A model generated the notes under the pieces. The model saw only the letters and a list, made by a program, of their open reading frames with translations. It ran no database searches and was not told the DNA's origin. Shown here in pieces: positions 1 to 10,018 of a stretch of DNA of 64,000 nucleotides. A program made the position numbers and the translations under genes. Numbering within the stretch: the first letter of the stretch is position 1; each line of letters starts with the position of its first letter. Source of the DNA: Negativicutes bacterium (GTDB lineage: Bacteria > Bacillota > Negativicutes > UBA1444); NCBI GenBank assembly GCA_963665275.2, contig CAXXIN010000015.1, positions 57,262 to 121,261 on the forward strand, in the 5' to 3' direction.

Positions 1-37
1 TACCTCAACCTCAATCGCACCTTCTCCTCAAAAACAG

Positions 38-664
38 TTACCGCCCAGGGCCCATCATCCAAATGCCATATCCGTTTTTTTGCCATTGCTGCATGTTTGC
101 GATCTGCTGATCCGCCTGGGCCTGGGTGATCCAGCCCCATTCTACCTGTTTATTTAAAACTTGTTTGCGGTTTTCGATCATCTGGTCCTGCCATGTGGTC
201 ATCTGCTGCTTCTGCTCGTCCGTCAGGTTCGCCGCCTTCTGTGCATATGGGGAATAGTAGCCCTTACCACCCCACATCATGCCATAGCCCCGATGGCCCG
301 AACCCATCATACCGCCGCCCATCATACCTCCACCGCCTGATTTCATCATACCTCCACCGCCGGCTCCCACCATCCACATGCCATATCCGTTACTCTGCCA
401 TTGCTGCATGTTAGTGATCTGCTGGTCAGCCTGGATTTGGGTAACCCAACCCCACTCAACTTGTTTTTTCAATACTTGCTTGCGATTGTCGATCAACTGG
501 CTCTGCCAGGTCGCAATCTGCTGTTTTTGCTCGTCTGTCAGATTCGTCGCTTGCTGTATGTACGGACAGAAACCCGTTTGATCATCGGCATCAGCCGAGG
601 CGATGTTCCCGGTCAAAGAACCTGACAACATGAGTATCAAGAGAACCAAGAGTATTTTTTTCAT
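38..664 (-). CDS. Secreted Met/Gly-rich protein with two tandem DUF2680/YckD-like repeats
   Basis: ATG 664 after GGAGGG RBS; signal peptide MKKILLVLLILMLSG; two copies of LTDEQKQQ..WQ.Q.I.NRKQVL.KQVEWGW.TQ.QADQQI.NM joined by a GGGGMM linker. Confidence 0.75.
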   Translation of the reverse strand: MKKILLVLLILMLSGSLTGNIASADADDQTGFCPYIQQATNLTDEQKQQIATWQSQLIDNRKQVLKKQVEWGWVTQIQADQQITNMQQWQSNGYGMWMVGAGGGGMMKSGGGGMMGGGMMGSGHRGYGMMWGGKGYYSPYAQKAANLTDEQKQQMTTWQDQMIENRKQVLNKQVEWGWITQAQADQQIANMQQWQKNGYGIWMMGPGR

Positions 665-794
665 CAGTAGTCCCTCCCTATTGCTTTTTTCAAGCTTCAA
701 ATCACTTGATATTATTCTTGCCGCTGGTCACAGGCTGATAAACCATCAGATTTTCTCGCCATCCCCTACGAATGGCTTAGCGACATCATCAGGC

Positions 795-1040
795 CTATGA
801 AAGATTTGCCTTCATTTTTTCGAATTCTTCGTGACTGATTTCACCTCGTGCATAACGTTGTTTCAGAATTTCCAGTGCCGTATTCTCTGATGTCCGTGCA
901 ATTGATTTTGAATGGTTCATCAGCATGCGAATCAGAAAAAAGCCACCAACAAGAATGACCACCACAAAAACCAGCATGAAGATCCCTCCTCCGGCCCAGC
1001 CGTCCATCATTCCATAACCCCGTCCATATCCACATCCCAT
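795..1040 (-). CDS. SHOCT-domain membrane protein
   Basis: GYGMM N-terminus, one TM helix, C-terminal ALEILKQRYARGEISHEEF SHOCT signature. Confidence 0.85.
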   Translation of the reverse strand: MGCGYGRGYGMMDGWAGGGIFMLVFVVVILVGGFFLIRMLMNHSKSIARTSENTALEILKQRYARGEISHEEFEKMKANLS

Positions 1041-1118
1041 AATTGCACCTCCATTTTTCGGGGATCCGCTTAATCTGTGCTGCTTGAGGCTCGTTCATGC
1101 ACAAACATTCCTTTTCTG

Positions 1119-1241
1119 CTACTTCTTTGGTTCCAATGTCATATGGCATTTGGGACAGTTGCCGGGCTTTTCCTGTTGCACCTCCGGATGCATCGGGCAT
1201 GTGTACACAACCTTCTTTTCAGAACCGCTTTCGTTACTCAT
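1119..1241 (-). CDS. Probable separate 40-aa heavy-metal-binding (YTCPMHP) peptide, in frame with the copA C-terminus
   Basis: AAAGGAG RBS (1249-1255) upstream of ATG 1241; [40 protein letters not shown]. Confidence 0.55.
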   Translation of the reverse strand: MSNESGSEKKVVYTCPMHPEVQQEKPGNCPKCHMTLEPKK

Positions 1242-3416
1242 GATTTTGCTCCTTTCATCCTCAGATTCAAGATTGACCGCTCGCAGTCGCAAAGCATTGC
1301 TGATGACCGAGACAGAACTCAGACTCATGGCTGCACCGGCGAAAATCGGGCTGAGCAGCAGGCCGAAAAATGGGTAAAGCACCCCTGCCGCCACCGGAAT
1401 CCCCAGCGCGTTGTAGATGAAGGCAAAAAACAGGTTCTGCCGAATGTTCCCCATGGTCGCGCGGCTAAGACGGATGGCCTTGGCAATGCCGCGGAGGTCG
1501 CCTTTCACGAGGGTGATGCCGGCGCTTTGCATGGCCACATCGGTGCCGGTCCCCATGGCAATGCCGACCTCCGCTTCGCTGAGGGCGGGTGCGTCGTTGA
1601 TGCCGTCACCGGCCATCGCCACATGCTTGCCTTCCGCGCGAAGCTTCTTGACATGGGCGACTTTTCCGGCGGGGTCGATCTCCGCCTCCATCGCATCGAT
1701 ATTGAGTTGTTTCGCCACCACGTCGGCAGTACGCCGATTATCGCCGGTAAGCATGACAACTTCCAACCCGAGCGCGTGGAGGTCGTGGATCGCGTCGATC
1801 GTGGTCGTTTTGATCGGGTCTGCGACGGCAAGGATTCCTGCCGGTTTGCCATCGATAGCGACGAACATCGCAGTCTTGCCTTCTTCTTGAAGTTTCGCAA
1901 CCGAGGCCTCAAACGGCTCCAGGCCGGAGATCTTTTCCGTTCGCAGGAAATCCGGTTTGCCGACCAGCACCGCATGACCAGCGACATTGCCGATAACGCC
2001 GCCCCCTGTGACCGAACGAAAGTCTTTCACATCTCCGAAAGCAATTCCCTGCGCTTTCGCTCCCTGCACGATCGCGGCGGCGAGCGGGTGTTCGCTGCTC
2101 TGCTCCAACGAAGCAGCAAGATTCAGGAACTCCTTTGCGTCAAAACCGGTGGCAGGCAAGACGTCCACGAGCTTTGGCTTACCCTCCGTGAGAGTGCCTG
2201 TCTTGTCCACAACGAGTGTAGTGACTTTTTCCAACCGCTCGAGCGCCTCGGCGTTTTTCACGAGCACTCCTGCCTGCGCGCCGCGACCGACACCGACCAT
2301 GATGGACATGGGCGTGGCCAGGCCGAGGGCGCACGGGCAGGCGATGATGAGAACCGCGACAGCGTTCACGATAGCATGCGCAAGTTTGGGCTCCGGTCCA
2401 ATCCACATCCATATGGCGAAAGTAACCACCGAAACTGCCACCACCGCTGGCACAAAAATGCCCGCAACCTTGTCGGCGAGACCTTGAATGGGTGCTCGGC
2501 TGCGCTGGGCCTCCGCGACCATGTTTACGATCTGTCCGAGCAGCGTATCACTGCCAATCCGCTCGGCGCGCATGACGAAACTGCCGGGTCCATTGACTGT
2601 GCCGCCCGTCACCTTGTCGCCGACGGTTTTTTCCACCGGCAGCGGTTCGCCGGTGATCATGGACTCTTCCACGCTTGAATGGCCCTCGACTACCGAACCG
2701 TCAACGGGCACTTTGTCACCTGGAACCACACGCAGCAAGTCACCGACTCTTACCTGCTCGAGCGGGACTTCGTGATCTCCCCCCGGTTCGACCTTTCGCG
2801 CCGTAGGCGACGCCAGGTTAAGCAACGCCTTGATGGCACTGCCTGTGCGGCTGCGAGCGCGGAGTTCGAGCACTTGCCCAAGAAGCACCAGCACGACGAT
2901 CACTGCCGCGGCCTCAAAGTAGATGTCGACCTTGCCCTCATGCTGCATCGTGTGCGGAAACAGGCCGGGCATTAGCATCGCTATGGCGCTAAAGATGAAT
3001 GCTGCCCCCACACCCATGGCGATCAGCGTAAACATGTTCAAGTTGCGCGTTACTATCGAGTTCCAACCGCGTTGGAAGAATGGCCACCCGGCCCACCAGA
3101 CCACCGGCGTGGCAAGTGCAAATTGCAGCCAGCGCGAGGTGTGGCTATCTGCCCAGGGCAGAGCGGCCAGTGCCGGGACAATGTGAGCCATCGCCATAAC
3201 AAACACAGGCAGCGTCAGTGCGGCGCCGATCCGAAAGCGCTTTGTCATGTCGAGAAGTTCAATGTTCTCCTCGTCATCCGCTCCCGCTGTCGCCGTCTTA
3301 AGTTCCAATGCCATACCACACTTGGGGCAATAGCCGGGATGGTCCTGTAGAACTTCAGGATGCATCGGGCAAGTATATACTTTTTTACCTGAGGCAGGCA
3401 CGACAGCTGTCACCAT
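1119..3416 (-). CDS. copA: Cu(I)-translocating P1B-type ATPase
   Basis: YTCPMHPE metal-binding domain, [29 protein letters not shown] and MSLSS motifs. Confidence 0.95.
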   Translation of the reverse strand: MVTAVVPASGKKVYTCPMHPEVLQDHPGYCPKCGMALELKTATAGADDEENIELLDMTKRFRIGAALTLPVFVMAMAHIVPALAALPWADSHTSRWLQFALATPVVWWAGWPFFQRGWNSIVTRNLNMFTLIAMGVGAAFIFSAIAMLMPGLFPHTMQHEGKVDIYFEAAAVIVVLVLLGQVLELRARSRTGSAIKALLNLASPTARKVEPGGDHEVPLEQVRVGDLLRVVPGDKVPVDGSVVEGHSSVEESMITGEPLPVEKTVGDKVTGGTVNGPGSFVMRAERIGSDTLLGQIVNMVAEAQRSRAPIQGLADKVAGIFVPAVVAVSVVTFAIWMWIGPEPKLAHAIVNAVAVLIIACPCALGLATPMSIMVGVGRGAQAGVLVKNAEALERLEKVTTLVVDKTGTLTEGKPKLVDVLPATGFDAKEFLNLAASLEQSSEHPLAAAIVQGAKAQGIAFGDVKDFRSVTGGGVIGNVAGHAVLVGKPDFLRTEKISGLEPFEASVAKLQEEGKTAMFVAIDGKPAGILAVADPIKTTTIDAIHDLHALGLEVVMLTGDNRRTADVVAKQLNIDAMEAEIDPAGKVAHVKKLRAEGKHVAMAGDGINDAPALSEAEVGIAMGTGTDVAMQSAGITLVKGDLRGIAKAIRLSRATMGNIRQNLFFAFIYNALGIPVAAGVLYPFFGLLLSPIFAGAAMSLSSVSVISNALRLRAVNLESEDERSKIMSNESGSEKKVVYTCPMHPEVQQEKPGNCPKCHMTLEPKK

Positions 3417-3591
3417 AGCTACAGTCTCCTTTCAGGCAAGACCGATAACACGCTATATTATAAAGCAATTCCAAAAAAGCGATAGTCGATATACATTAAT
3501 ATCCAATTATTAGTTTATGTCAAAATAACGCACAATTCATTAGAACGATGAAATAAATCTTCGTTAAAAAACAGGACTAGTTTTGTTCAGA

Positions 3592-3636
3592 TGTACAAGA
3601 TTGCCCGAGATTATGCAACACGGGCAATCTTGTACA
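3592..3636. repeat. Perfect 16-bp inverted repeat (hairpin)
   Basis: TGTACAAGATTGCCCG-N13-CGGGCAATCTTGTACA between the DUF2680-like gene and copA. Confidence 0.7.
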
Positions 3637-3874
3637 GAGCTTGGGCCGGTGTCGAACAACCTTCCAGCTATCGACAGGCAGATATCTATGCCAAATAAGT
3701 CGACGAATTACCACCTTACCTGTTCCGGCATTTCCATCATGAAATTCCGTTATGGTCTCGGAGTATCCGTGGGCTTATTGCCTGTGTATTAATGATTCCC
3801 TCCCAATGCTTAGCGCAAGGAACGCCCGGAAGATGCTTCCGGACGTTCTAAACTCCTATTCTGTTGTCAATCCG

Positions 3875-4186
3875 TTATTTCCCAAGCACAGGTACGTTTC
3901 CCTGTGGCCCTGCAGGCATCATCGGATTCATTTTCCCTTGCTGCATCATCGGGTTGGCTTGATTGCCGCCGTTCATCATCTGATCCATGTTCTTTTTCAT
4001 TTGATCAGCTTGTTCTTGCGTCAAGATTCCCGCCTTGACATTGGTGTCCAACATCTGCTGTCGCAGTGCCGGGTCAGAGCAAGGCATCCCACTGGGCCCT
4101 TGCGCTGCCATCGCTATGCCTGCAACTCCCAGAACGCCAAGGATCAGAGCCACGGTCAGAATCAAACCTGTTTTTTTATTGAACAT
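3875..4186 (-). CDS. Secreted Met-rich DUF2680-like protein
   Basis: Signal peptide, QMLDTNVKAGILTQEQADQMKKNM motif, Met-rich tail. Confidence 0.7.
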   Translation of the reverse strand: MFNKKTGLILTVALILGVLGVAGIAMAAQGPSGMPCSDPALRQQMLDTNVKAGILTQEQADQMKKNMDQMMNGGNQANPMMQQGKMNPMMPAGPQGNVPVLGK

Positions 4187-4230
4187 TTTGTTTTCCCCCT
4201 CTTTGTTTATGAGCCAATCATATCAATGAA

Positions 4231-4262
4231 TTATGAAGAACTTATGAAGAAGTTGTGAAGGA
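4231..4262. promoter_or_regulatory. Three direct repeats with 11-bp period, probable OmpR-family operator
   Basis: TTATGAAGAA (4231), TTATGAAGAA (4242), TTGTGAAGGA (4253), upstream of an extended -10 (TGaTATGAT) for the minus-strand gene; OmpR-type regulator nearby. Confidence 0.6.
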
Positions 4263-4393
4263 CTGATGTTGTTTTTTTACCGTTGATTGTATTGTATTGT
4301 GCCTCGTTTTGCACAATGATAAAATGATATTATAAATTATCGCAATATTTCGCCAATAATAGCATTTCCCGCTCAAAAGATGGAGGTGAGAAC

Positions 4394-4855
4394 ATGAGTG
4401 TCGGTTTTTTAGCAATGCCTCACGTGGTGTTCGGCGTCTGGGGTCTATTCGTCGCTTTGTGGCTTATCGCTGAAGTCGTCAATATCAGTGAAAAGAATCT
4501 GAGCCGAATAAAAACGGCGAGCTGGGTTCAGGCCATTTTCGAATGGATTTCATTTTTGTCCGGAGGTTGGTGGTATTACACTTACTATGCCTCTGAAAAG
4601 GCAATCATCCTCAAAGGATCCTTTCCTCAGGGCCATAATTTTTTCATGGAAACCAAGGAACATATTTTTTTGGTTTTGCTGCTACTCAGCACATTCATCC
4701 CCATCATTGCCTATCAAAACAACCTGCTCACCAACGCACCTGCGCGAAAACTCATCATCGTTACGGCTTCGCTTCTGATTATCCTCGGTTTTGTAATGGA
4801 AGGGTCCGGTTCCCTGATCGTGCAGGCAGTAAAAATGGGCTTGGGAGGTAAATGA
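4394..4855 (+). CDS. Uncharacterised 4-TM membrane protein with His residues
   Basis: GGAGG RBS; hydrophobic helices; MPHVVFG and GHNFFMETKEH motifs. Confidence 0.7.
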   Translation: MSVGFLAMPHVVFGVWGLFVALWLIAEVVNISEKNLSRIKTASWVQAIFEWISFLSGGWWYYTYYASEKAIILKGSFPQGHNFFMETKEHIFLVLLLLSTFIPIIAYQNNLLTNAPARKLIIVTASLLIILGFVMEGSGSLIVQAVKMGLGGK

Positions 4856-4856
4856 C

Positions 4857-5159
4857 ATGTTGAGTAAAATGACGGTTGGTTTTGGTCTGTCAACGGCTGT
4901 TATTTCCGTCGCCACGGCTCTCCTACTGATTTTCAAGGAGACTGCCCCTCCGTTCAAGGCCTGGATGGCTGCGTTGACCACCCACCACTGGGTAACTCAT
5001 GGAGTATTTGTCGTTGTGGGTTTTATCGTTCTGGGCTTTGCATTTTCACAGACAGACCTGCAGAAAAAATTTGACGGAGACAACTTATCGAACTACATCA
5101 TTGGATCCGTAATACTATCCTTCCTGCTGACCTACGGTTTCTACTCGACACACCTGTAG
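4857..5159 (+). CDS. Uncharacterised 3-TM membrane protein (THHWVTHG motif)
   Basis: Coupled to the upstream gene via GGAGG; three hydrophobic segments. Confidence 0.7.
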   Translation: MLSKMTVGFGLSTAVISVATALLLIFKETAPPFKAWMAALTTHHWVTHGVFVVVGFIVLGFAFSQTDLQKKFDGDNLSNYIIGSVILSFLLTYGFYSTHL

Positions 5160-5350
5160 ACCACCAGGAAGCGGTCCACTATTTCTCCAAACAGGCATTT
5201 TGGTGTTCTCATCCCAAAATCCCATCACTGATCGCCTGTGGTCTGGGGCGGCGCATTCCATGGAGGGGACTCTTTTTTTATCCAGCGATTTTACGAGGCA
5301 AAGCGAGTGATATGGATTCAGAAAGAAATTGATGTGAAGGAGGAATTTTC

Positions 5351-6724
5351 GTGACGAACCGATGGGCAGTAATCCTTCTGATTGCCTTCTTCTTTGGGCT
5401 GACACCTGTCTATGCGGCGAATATTTCCCTTGATCTGCAGGAAACGATGTGGGAACTCAAACCTGGACTGTCAACAAAGGTATGGAGTTACAATGGCGCA
5501 GTACCTGGTTTTCCGATTGTAGTCGCTGAAGGGGAACGAGTCGTAGTGGATGGCGTCAGCCACCTGCCCGTGACTACGAATATACACTGGCATGGACTCC
5601 TGGTCCCCAACGATCAGGACGGTCCCAGCCGGATCATCGCGCCGGGGGATTCGTTCCACTATGAATTCACAGCAACCGAAGCCGGCACGTACTGGTATCA
5701 CTCTCATTTTCGCCCGGTACTCACACAGGTCGATATGGGCCTGTACGCTCCCTTCATTGTGAAAACAGCAACAGACAATCAGTATAGCGGCGATCATGTG
5801 CTGATACTCGATGATTGGTATCTGGACTCCAATGGGAACCGGCTCTCCGGCACGGCCCGAGGCGATATGGAACGCTATGGCAACATCGAAACCGTAAATG
5901 GCAAAACTGGACCTGCGATTGAACCCTTGATTTTTCAGTCGGGGGAACTGCACAAAATTCGGTTTATCAATGCTTCCACGGCGGCGGTGCACACGCTGCG
6001 CATCACGGGTCATCAGTTTCGCGTCACTCACACCGATGGTCACCCTCTGGTTGAAGACTACTTGACGGATATGGTGACCCTGTCGCCTGGCGAGCGCCTG
6101 GACGTAGAAGTGGGAGCTGCCGGTGAGATCGGCAAAAATTATGCCATCCAGAGCGACCGCAGCGAATTGGGCCTGCTGGTGCCGATCCGTTATCGGGAAG
6201 GCCAGGCGCCTCTGGTTGTCTCGCCTTTCCTGCGTGCTACCCCGCGGCCTTTTCCAGGAATCGAAAGTAAAAAACCGGACTTTGTCCTGGAACTGAACTC
6301 TGGCATGAACATGGGTGGTATGATGGGCAGCGGTGGCATGATGGGCGGACATCAGGGTCATGGGACATCGACGTCAGCGAATAACAGCATGATGCGATGG
6401 ACCATCAATGGCAAGTCTTTTCCGGATGTCGATCCCCTACCGGTTACTGTCGGCCAGGTCGTCAAAGTCCGTTTCTGGAACAAAGACACCATGGGCATGC
6501 ACAGGATGGACCATCCGATGCACATCCACGGCGCCTATTTCCAAGTCGTTTCCCTGAACGGACAACGCCCGCCGCGTGAAATGTGGAAAGACACAATTAA
6601 TGTACCAGCCGGACAATATGTCGACGTGGCCTTTGTGATGAAGAATGTGGGGGACTGGATGCTTCACTGCCATATTTTGGACCATGAAGACGGCGGTATG
6701 ATGACGATGGTCATCGCAAAATAG
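5351..6724 (+). CDS. Multicopper oxidase (CueO/Mco-like) with Met/His-rich insert
   Basis: HWHG, WYHSH, HPMHIHG and HCHILDHEDGGMM copper motifs; N-terminal signal peptide. Confidence 0.93.
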   Translation: MTNRWAVILLIAFFFGLTPVYAANISLDLQETMWELKPGLSTKVWSYNGAVPGFPIVVAEGERVVVDGVSHLPVTTNIHWHGLLVPNDQDGPSRIIAPGDSFHYEFTATEAGTYWYHSHFRPVLTQVDMGLYAPFIVKTATDNQYSGDHVLILDDWYLDSNGNRLSGTARGDMERYGNIETVNGKTGPAIEPLIFQSGELHKIRFINASTAAVHTLRITGHQFRVTHTDGHPLVEDYLTDMVTLSPGERLDVEVGAAGEIGKNYAIQSDRSELGLLVPIRYREGQAPLVVSPFLRATPRPFPGIESKKPDFVLELNSGMNMGGMMGSGGMMGGHQGHGTSTSANNSMMRWTINGKSFPDVDPLPVTVGQVVKVRFWNKDTMGMHRMDHPMHIHGAYFQVVSLNGQRPPREMWKDTINVPAGQYVDVAFVMKNVGDWMLHCHILDHEDGGMMTMVIAK

Positions 6725-6742
6725 ACAAAGGAGGAAAACAGG

Positions 6743-7126
6743 ATGTTCGATTACACAGTTACCAGTCAAAAAGACTTTGACTCCGCAGTGGACAGTCTGA
6801 AGCACGCCTTGACCGGTTTCAAGTTCGGCGTACTGTGGGAACTCGACCTGCCGGCAAAGCTTAAAGAAAAAGGCGTGGAATATCAGGGACAATTCCGCAT
6901 ATTAGAAGTCTGTAATCCTCAGCGAGCGAAAGCCGTATTGGAAACTAACATCCGGGTGGGATATTTTTTGCCTTGCAAGGTCGTGGTCTATGTTGAAAAT
7001 GGTGTTACCAAGATTGGTATGCCGCGTCCGTCTGCCCTAATCGCGCTTCTTGGCGATAACCGGCTGCAGGAAGAGGCAGCGGAAGTGGAACGCGACCTGA
7101 TTGCTGCCATCGATCAGGCAAAATAG
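6743..7126 (+). CDS. DUF302 family protein
   Basis: FGVLW..D, ILEVCNP, FLPCKVVVY signature. Confidence 0.9.
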   Translation: MFDYTVTSQKDFDSAVDSLKHALTGFKFGVLWELDLPAKLKEKGVEYQGQFRILEVCNPQRAKAVLETNIRVGYFLPCKVVVYVENGVTKIGMPRPSALIALLGDNRLQEEAAEVERDLIAAIDQAK

Positions 7127-7183
7127 CGAAATCGCCAGCGATGGACACCAGCGGCTGTAACAGGAACCGGCATAACGGCTCAG

Positions 7184-7218
7184 GCAAAAGCCCTCTCGCT
7201 CATGGAGAGGGCTTTTGC
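7184..7218 (+). terminator. Intrinsic terminator hairpin (potentially bidirectional)
   Basis: GCAAAAGCCCTCTC-N7-GAGAGGGCTTTTGC after DUF302. Confidence 0.7.
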
Positions 7219-7283
7219 ACAGATGGGTCGAATTGTGAAATATACGAGATATCTTAAAACAAAACCATAATGAGGTGACCACC

Positions 7284-7979
7284 ATGCCGCAAAACTCGGT
7301 CCTATTGGTAGATGATGACCCGAAAATCGCCAAATTGCTACGAAGTTATTTTGAAAAAGAGGATTATTCCGTTCTCACCGCCTATGACGGAATTACCGCC
7401 TTGCAGCTCTATCGCGACAAAAAACCGGACATTCTGGTGCTCGACCTGATGTTGCCCGGTATGAGCGGGCTGGATGTCTGTCGCCAAATCCGCAAGGAAG
7501 GTGAAACGCCCATACTGATGCTGACCGCCCGCGACGAAGAAACCGACCGACTCATCGGCCTGGAACTTGGCGCGGACGACTATGTGTCCAAACCCTTCAG
7601 TCCCAGAGAAGTGGTGGCCCGCGTGAAAGCCATTCTGCGTCGAACCCGCAAGACCGCAGAAAAAACAGAGCCGTTCCGAATTGGAAAATTCATTATTGAC
7701 ACCGCCGGCTACACGGTCAGTACTGACGAAACCACTCTCGAGCTTACCCCTACAGAGTACAAAATTTTCGAACTGCTTGCTACTCGTCCGGGGCAAGTTT
7801 TAACACGCTTTCAAATAGTCGAACAAATCCAGGGCGTTGCGTTTGACGGCTACGAACGAACCATCGACGCCCATGTCAAAAATCTGCGCCGCAAAATCGG
7901 CGACAATTCAAAGGACCCCAGTATCATCCAGACAGTATACGGGGTAGGTTACAAATTTGCCGGTGATGCCCATGCATAG
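7284..7979 (+). CDS. OmpR/PhoB-family response regulator
   Basis: LLVDDD, VLDLMLP, GADDYVSKPF, winged helix ERTIDAHVKNLRRK/TVYGVGY; ATG 7284 after GAGGTG. Confidence 0.93.
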   Translation: MPQNSVLLVDDDPKIAKLLRSYFEKEDYSVLTAYDGITALQLYRDKKPDILVLDLMLPGMSGLDVCRQIRKEGETPILMLTARDEETDRLIGLELGADDYVSKPFSPREVVARVKAILRRTRKTAEKTEPFRIGKFIIDTAGYTVSTDETTLELTPTEYKIFELLATRPGQVLTRFQIVEQIQGVAFDGYERTIDAHVKNLRRKIGDNSKDPSIIQTVYGVGYKFAGDAHA

Positions 7980-9069
7980 CATTACCTCTCGCATTACAGG
8001 ACTGGTGTTTCTATCGATCCTCTTCACTGTGGTCTTGCTCGTAACTCTGGCCAACCACCAGATGAGTCTCCATTTTAGCGCCTATCTGGCCGCACAGACT
8101 ACAGGCATGGGAATGATGTCCATGACGGGGTCGGCGGAGCAGACATTTCTGGATTCCATCCACCGTTCATTGTATTGGGTTGGTGGAGGCATTCTGCTGG
8201 TCGGTTTGTTTGCCAGTTATGTTCTGGCTCGCAGCATCACCATCCCCATCCGTAAGTTAGGCGAAGCCTTGTCCACTCTGGAAATGGGTCAGTATGGAAA
8301 AACCGTCGCCATTGATTCCCGCAGTGAAGTCGGTAAGCTGGCTGATGGATTCAACAGGATGTCCCAGTCACTGGCAGAGCAGGTTGCGCTGCGGCGACGC
8401 CTGTTGGCGGACGTAGCTCACGAACTGCGGACGCCGCTTACCGTCATTCAGGGTAACCTCGAAGGTATGCTCGAAGGAGTCGTCGAGCGAAGTGATGAAA
8501 CCTTGAACTCCTTACGGGAAGAAACGGATTATCTCAGCCGCATGATCAAAGATCTGCGCGACCTATCTCTGGCCGAAGCCAGACAATTGGCACTTGAAAC
8601 CGAAGCAACGGATGTCAGCCTGCTAATCCATCGGGCCGTCAGCATGCTGGAACCGCTGGCCTTGGAACGGAATGTCTCCCTGCGTGAAGAATTGATGCCA
8701 ACACCCAATATTTTAATGGACTCCCGTCGAATTAGCCAAGTGCTCTATAACCTGTTGACCAACGCCATCCGTTACACGCCGGAAAATGGCGAAGTTAGCA
8801 TCGGTGCCCGGATCGTAGCCCGAAACAACCGAGATTGGCTGCAAATTGACATCAGCGATAATGGGTGCGGTATTGCAGAGGAAGATCTCCCGTTTGTCTT
8901 TGAGCATTTTTACCGTGCGGACAAAGCCCGCGACAAAAAGAGCGGCGGTTCAGGTATTGGCTTAGCTATCGTAAAACAATTGGTTGAAATTCACGGCGGT
9001 TCCGTAGAAGTTCATAGCACATTAGGAAAAGGCAGCCGCTTTTCTGTTTTGCTGCCGATCATTTCGTGA
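7972..9069 (+). CDS. HAMP-domain sensor histidine kinase (BaeS-like)
   Basis: Two TMs with a Met-rich loop (MGMMSM), AHELRTP H-box, N/G1/F/G2 boxes. Confidence 0.93.
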   Translation: MHSITSRITGLVFLSILFTVVLLVTLANHQMSLHFSAYLAAQTTGMGMMSMTGSAEQTFLDSIHRSLYWVGGGILLVGLFASYVLARSITIPIRKLGEALSTLEMGQYGKTVAIDSRSEVGKLADGFNRMSQSLAEQVALRRRLLADVAHELRTPLTVIQGNLEGMLEGVVERSDETLNSLREETDYLSRMIKDLRDLSLAEARQLALETEATDVSLLIHRAVSMLEPLALERNVSLREELMPTPNILMDSRRISQVLYNLLTNAIRYTPENGEVSIGARIVARNNRDWLQIDISDNGCGIAEEDLPFVFEHFYRADKARDKKSGGSGIGLAIVKQLVEIHGGSVEVHSTLGKGSRFSVLLPIIS

Positions 9070-9847
9070 CAATCGGGAATTTTTCCGCCAACCACTCCAG
9101 AATCAAACGGGGTGGGACTTCATAGTTGCCGGTGGCAACGTGATCAATCTGTGGTTTTAAAAACAGTTTAGGGCCCGTATATTTTTCATATAGATCACTA
9201 GAGCCTTGGATGGGAACGGCCACGTCCTCCAAACCATGTATCACTAACAAGGGAGACTTTAGCTGAACTGCATTGCCAAGGGGATCATAATTATTTTCTA
9301 GCAGATCTTTCACGAACTGTCCTTCCAGTCTGAATCCTTTGCCAAAGAAATTCGCGATTGTTTTCCCCGCGACAGATTGCGCCCACAACTCCGCCCCCAG
9401 TATGTGCTGGAAGTTGGGAATCGGATAGATCACCGGCGCGAAGACAATGCGCGCGGCAATGCCCTCATCTGCGGCGCTATGAGTCAATGCAATCAGCCCG
9501 CCCAAGCTGTGACCGTAAAGCAGAAGCGGCGAAGCGGAGAATCGGGGCTGGTTTCTCACCCATGCAAGAACATTGATCAAATCTTCTTTCCAGCCAGTGA
9601 CGATTGTATCGGTTGGAAAATCGCCGTCACTGTCGCCAGAGCCGAGATAATCAAAACGAACAACTATATATCCCGAACGTTCCAATTCTTTGGCCAGGTT
9701 CAGGGTCAATTGGTTCGCACCGATCTTGTCGCCGGTAAAACCATGGCAGCAGACAATAATGGGGGTATCCTTGTTCACCTCATCAGGCATGTGAAGCATT
9801 GCCGACAACCGCTTCCCCCGGCTGGGAATCCAGAAATGATCTTTCAT
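9059..9847 (-). CDS. Alpha/beta-fold hydrolase
   Basis: HGFTG oxyanion loop, GHSLGG nucleophile, HGLED and DH catalytic residues. Confidence 0.88.
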   Translation of the reverse strand: MKDHFWIPSRGKRLSAMLHMPDEVNKDTPIIVCCHGFTGDKIGANQLTLNLAKELERSGYIVVRFDYLGSGDSDGDFPTDTIVTGWKEDLINVLAWVRNQPRFSASPLLLYGHSLGGLIALTHSAADEGIAARIVFAPVIYPIPNFQHILGAELWAQSVAGKTIANFFGKGFRLEGQFVKDLLENNYDPLGNAVQLKSPLLVIHGLEDVAVPIQGSSDLYEKYTGPKLFLKPQIDHVATGNYEVPPRLILEWLAEKFPIVTK

Positions 9848-9938
9848 GTGTACTCCTCCTGATCTTTCGATTCAAAATACTTCACTTCTACACTGATATG
9901 CAAATACCCTCCAACTCTGCAACAAGTCAAACTCGATG

Positions 9939-9995
9939 AAAAGGGGACTGTCTCAAAATAGGTTTCCAAACCTACTTGAGCCAGCCCCCTTTTTT
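9939..9995. repeat. REP/MITE-like palindrome, copy 1 (also terminator-like)
   Basis: GGGGACTGTCTCAAAATAGGTTT-CC-AAACCTACTTGAGCCAGCCCCC with A/T tracts; related copy at 34889. Confidence 0.6.
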
Positions 9996-10018
9996 GCTAT
10001 CCCGAACCTTGACCGAAG

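Noticed and set aside
1077-2678. 533-aa plus-strand ORF, and similar long antisense ORFs (5471-6361, 11384-12304, 22450-23382, 52959-53840, 57654-58670)
   Set aside because: Shadows of well-supported genes on the opposite strand caused by codon bias; no motifs
3640-3810. Short minus-strand frame containing GNAGTGK (P-loop-like) near a GGGAGGG
   Set aside because: No usable in-frame start; too short to support
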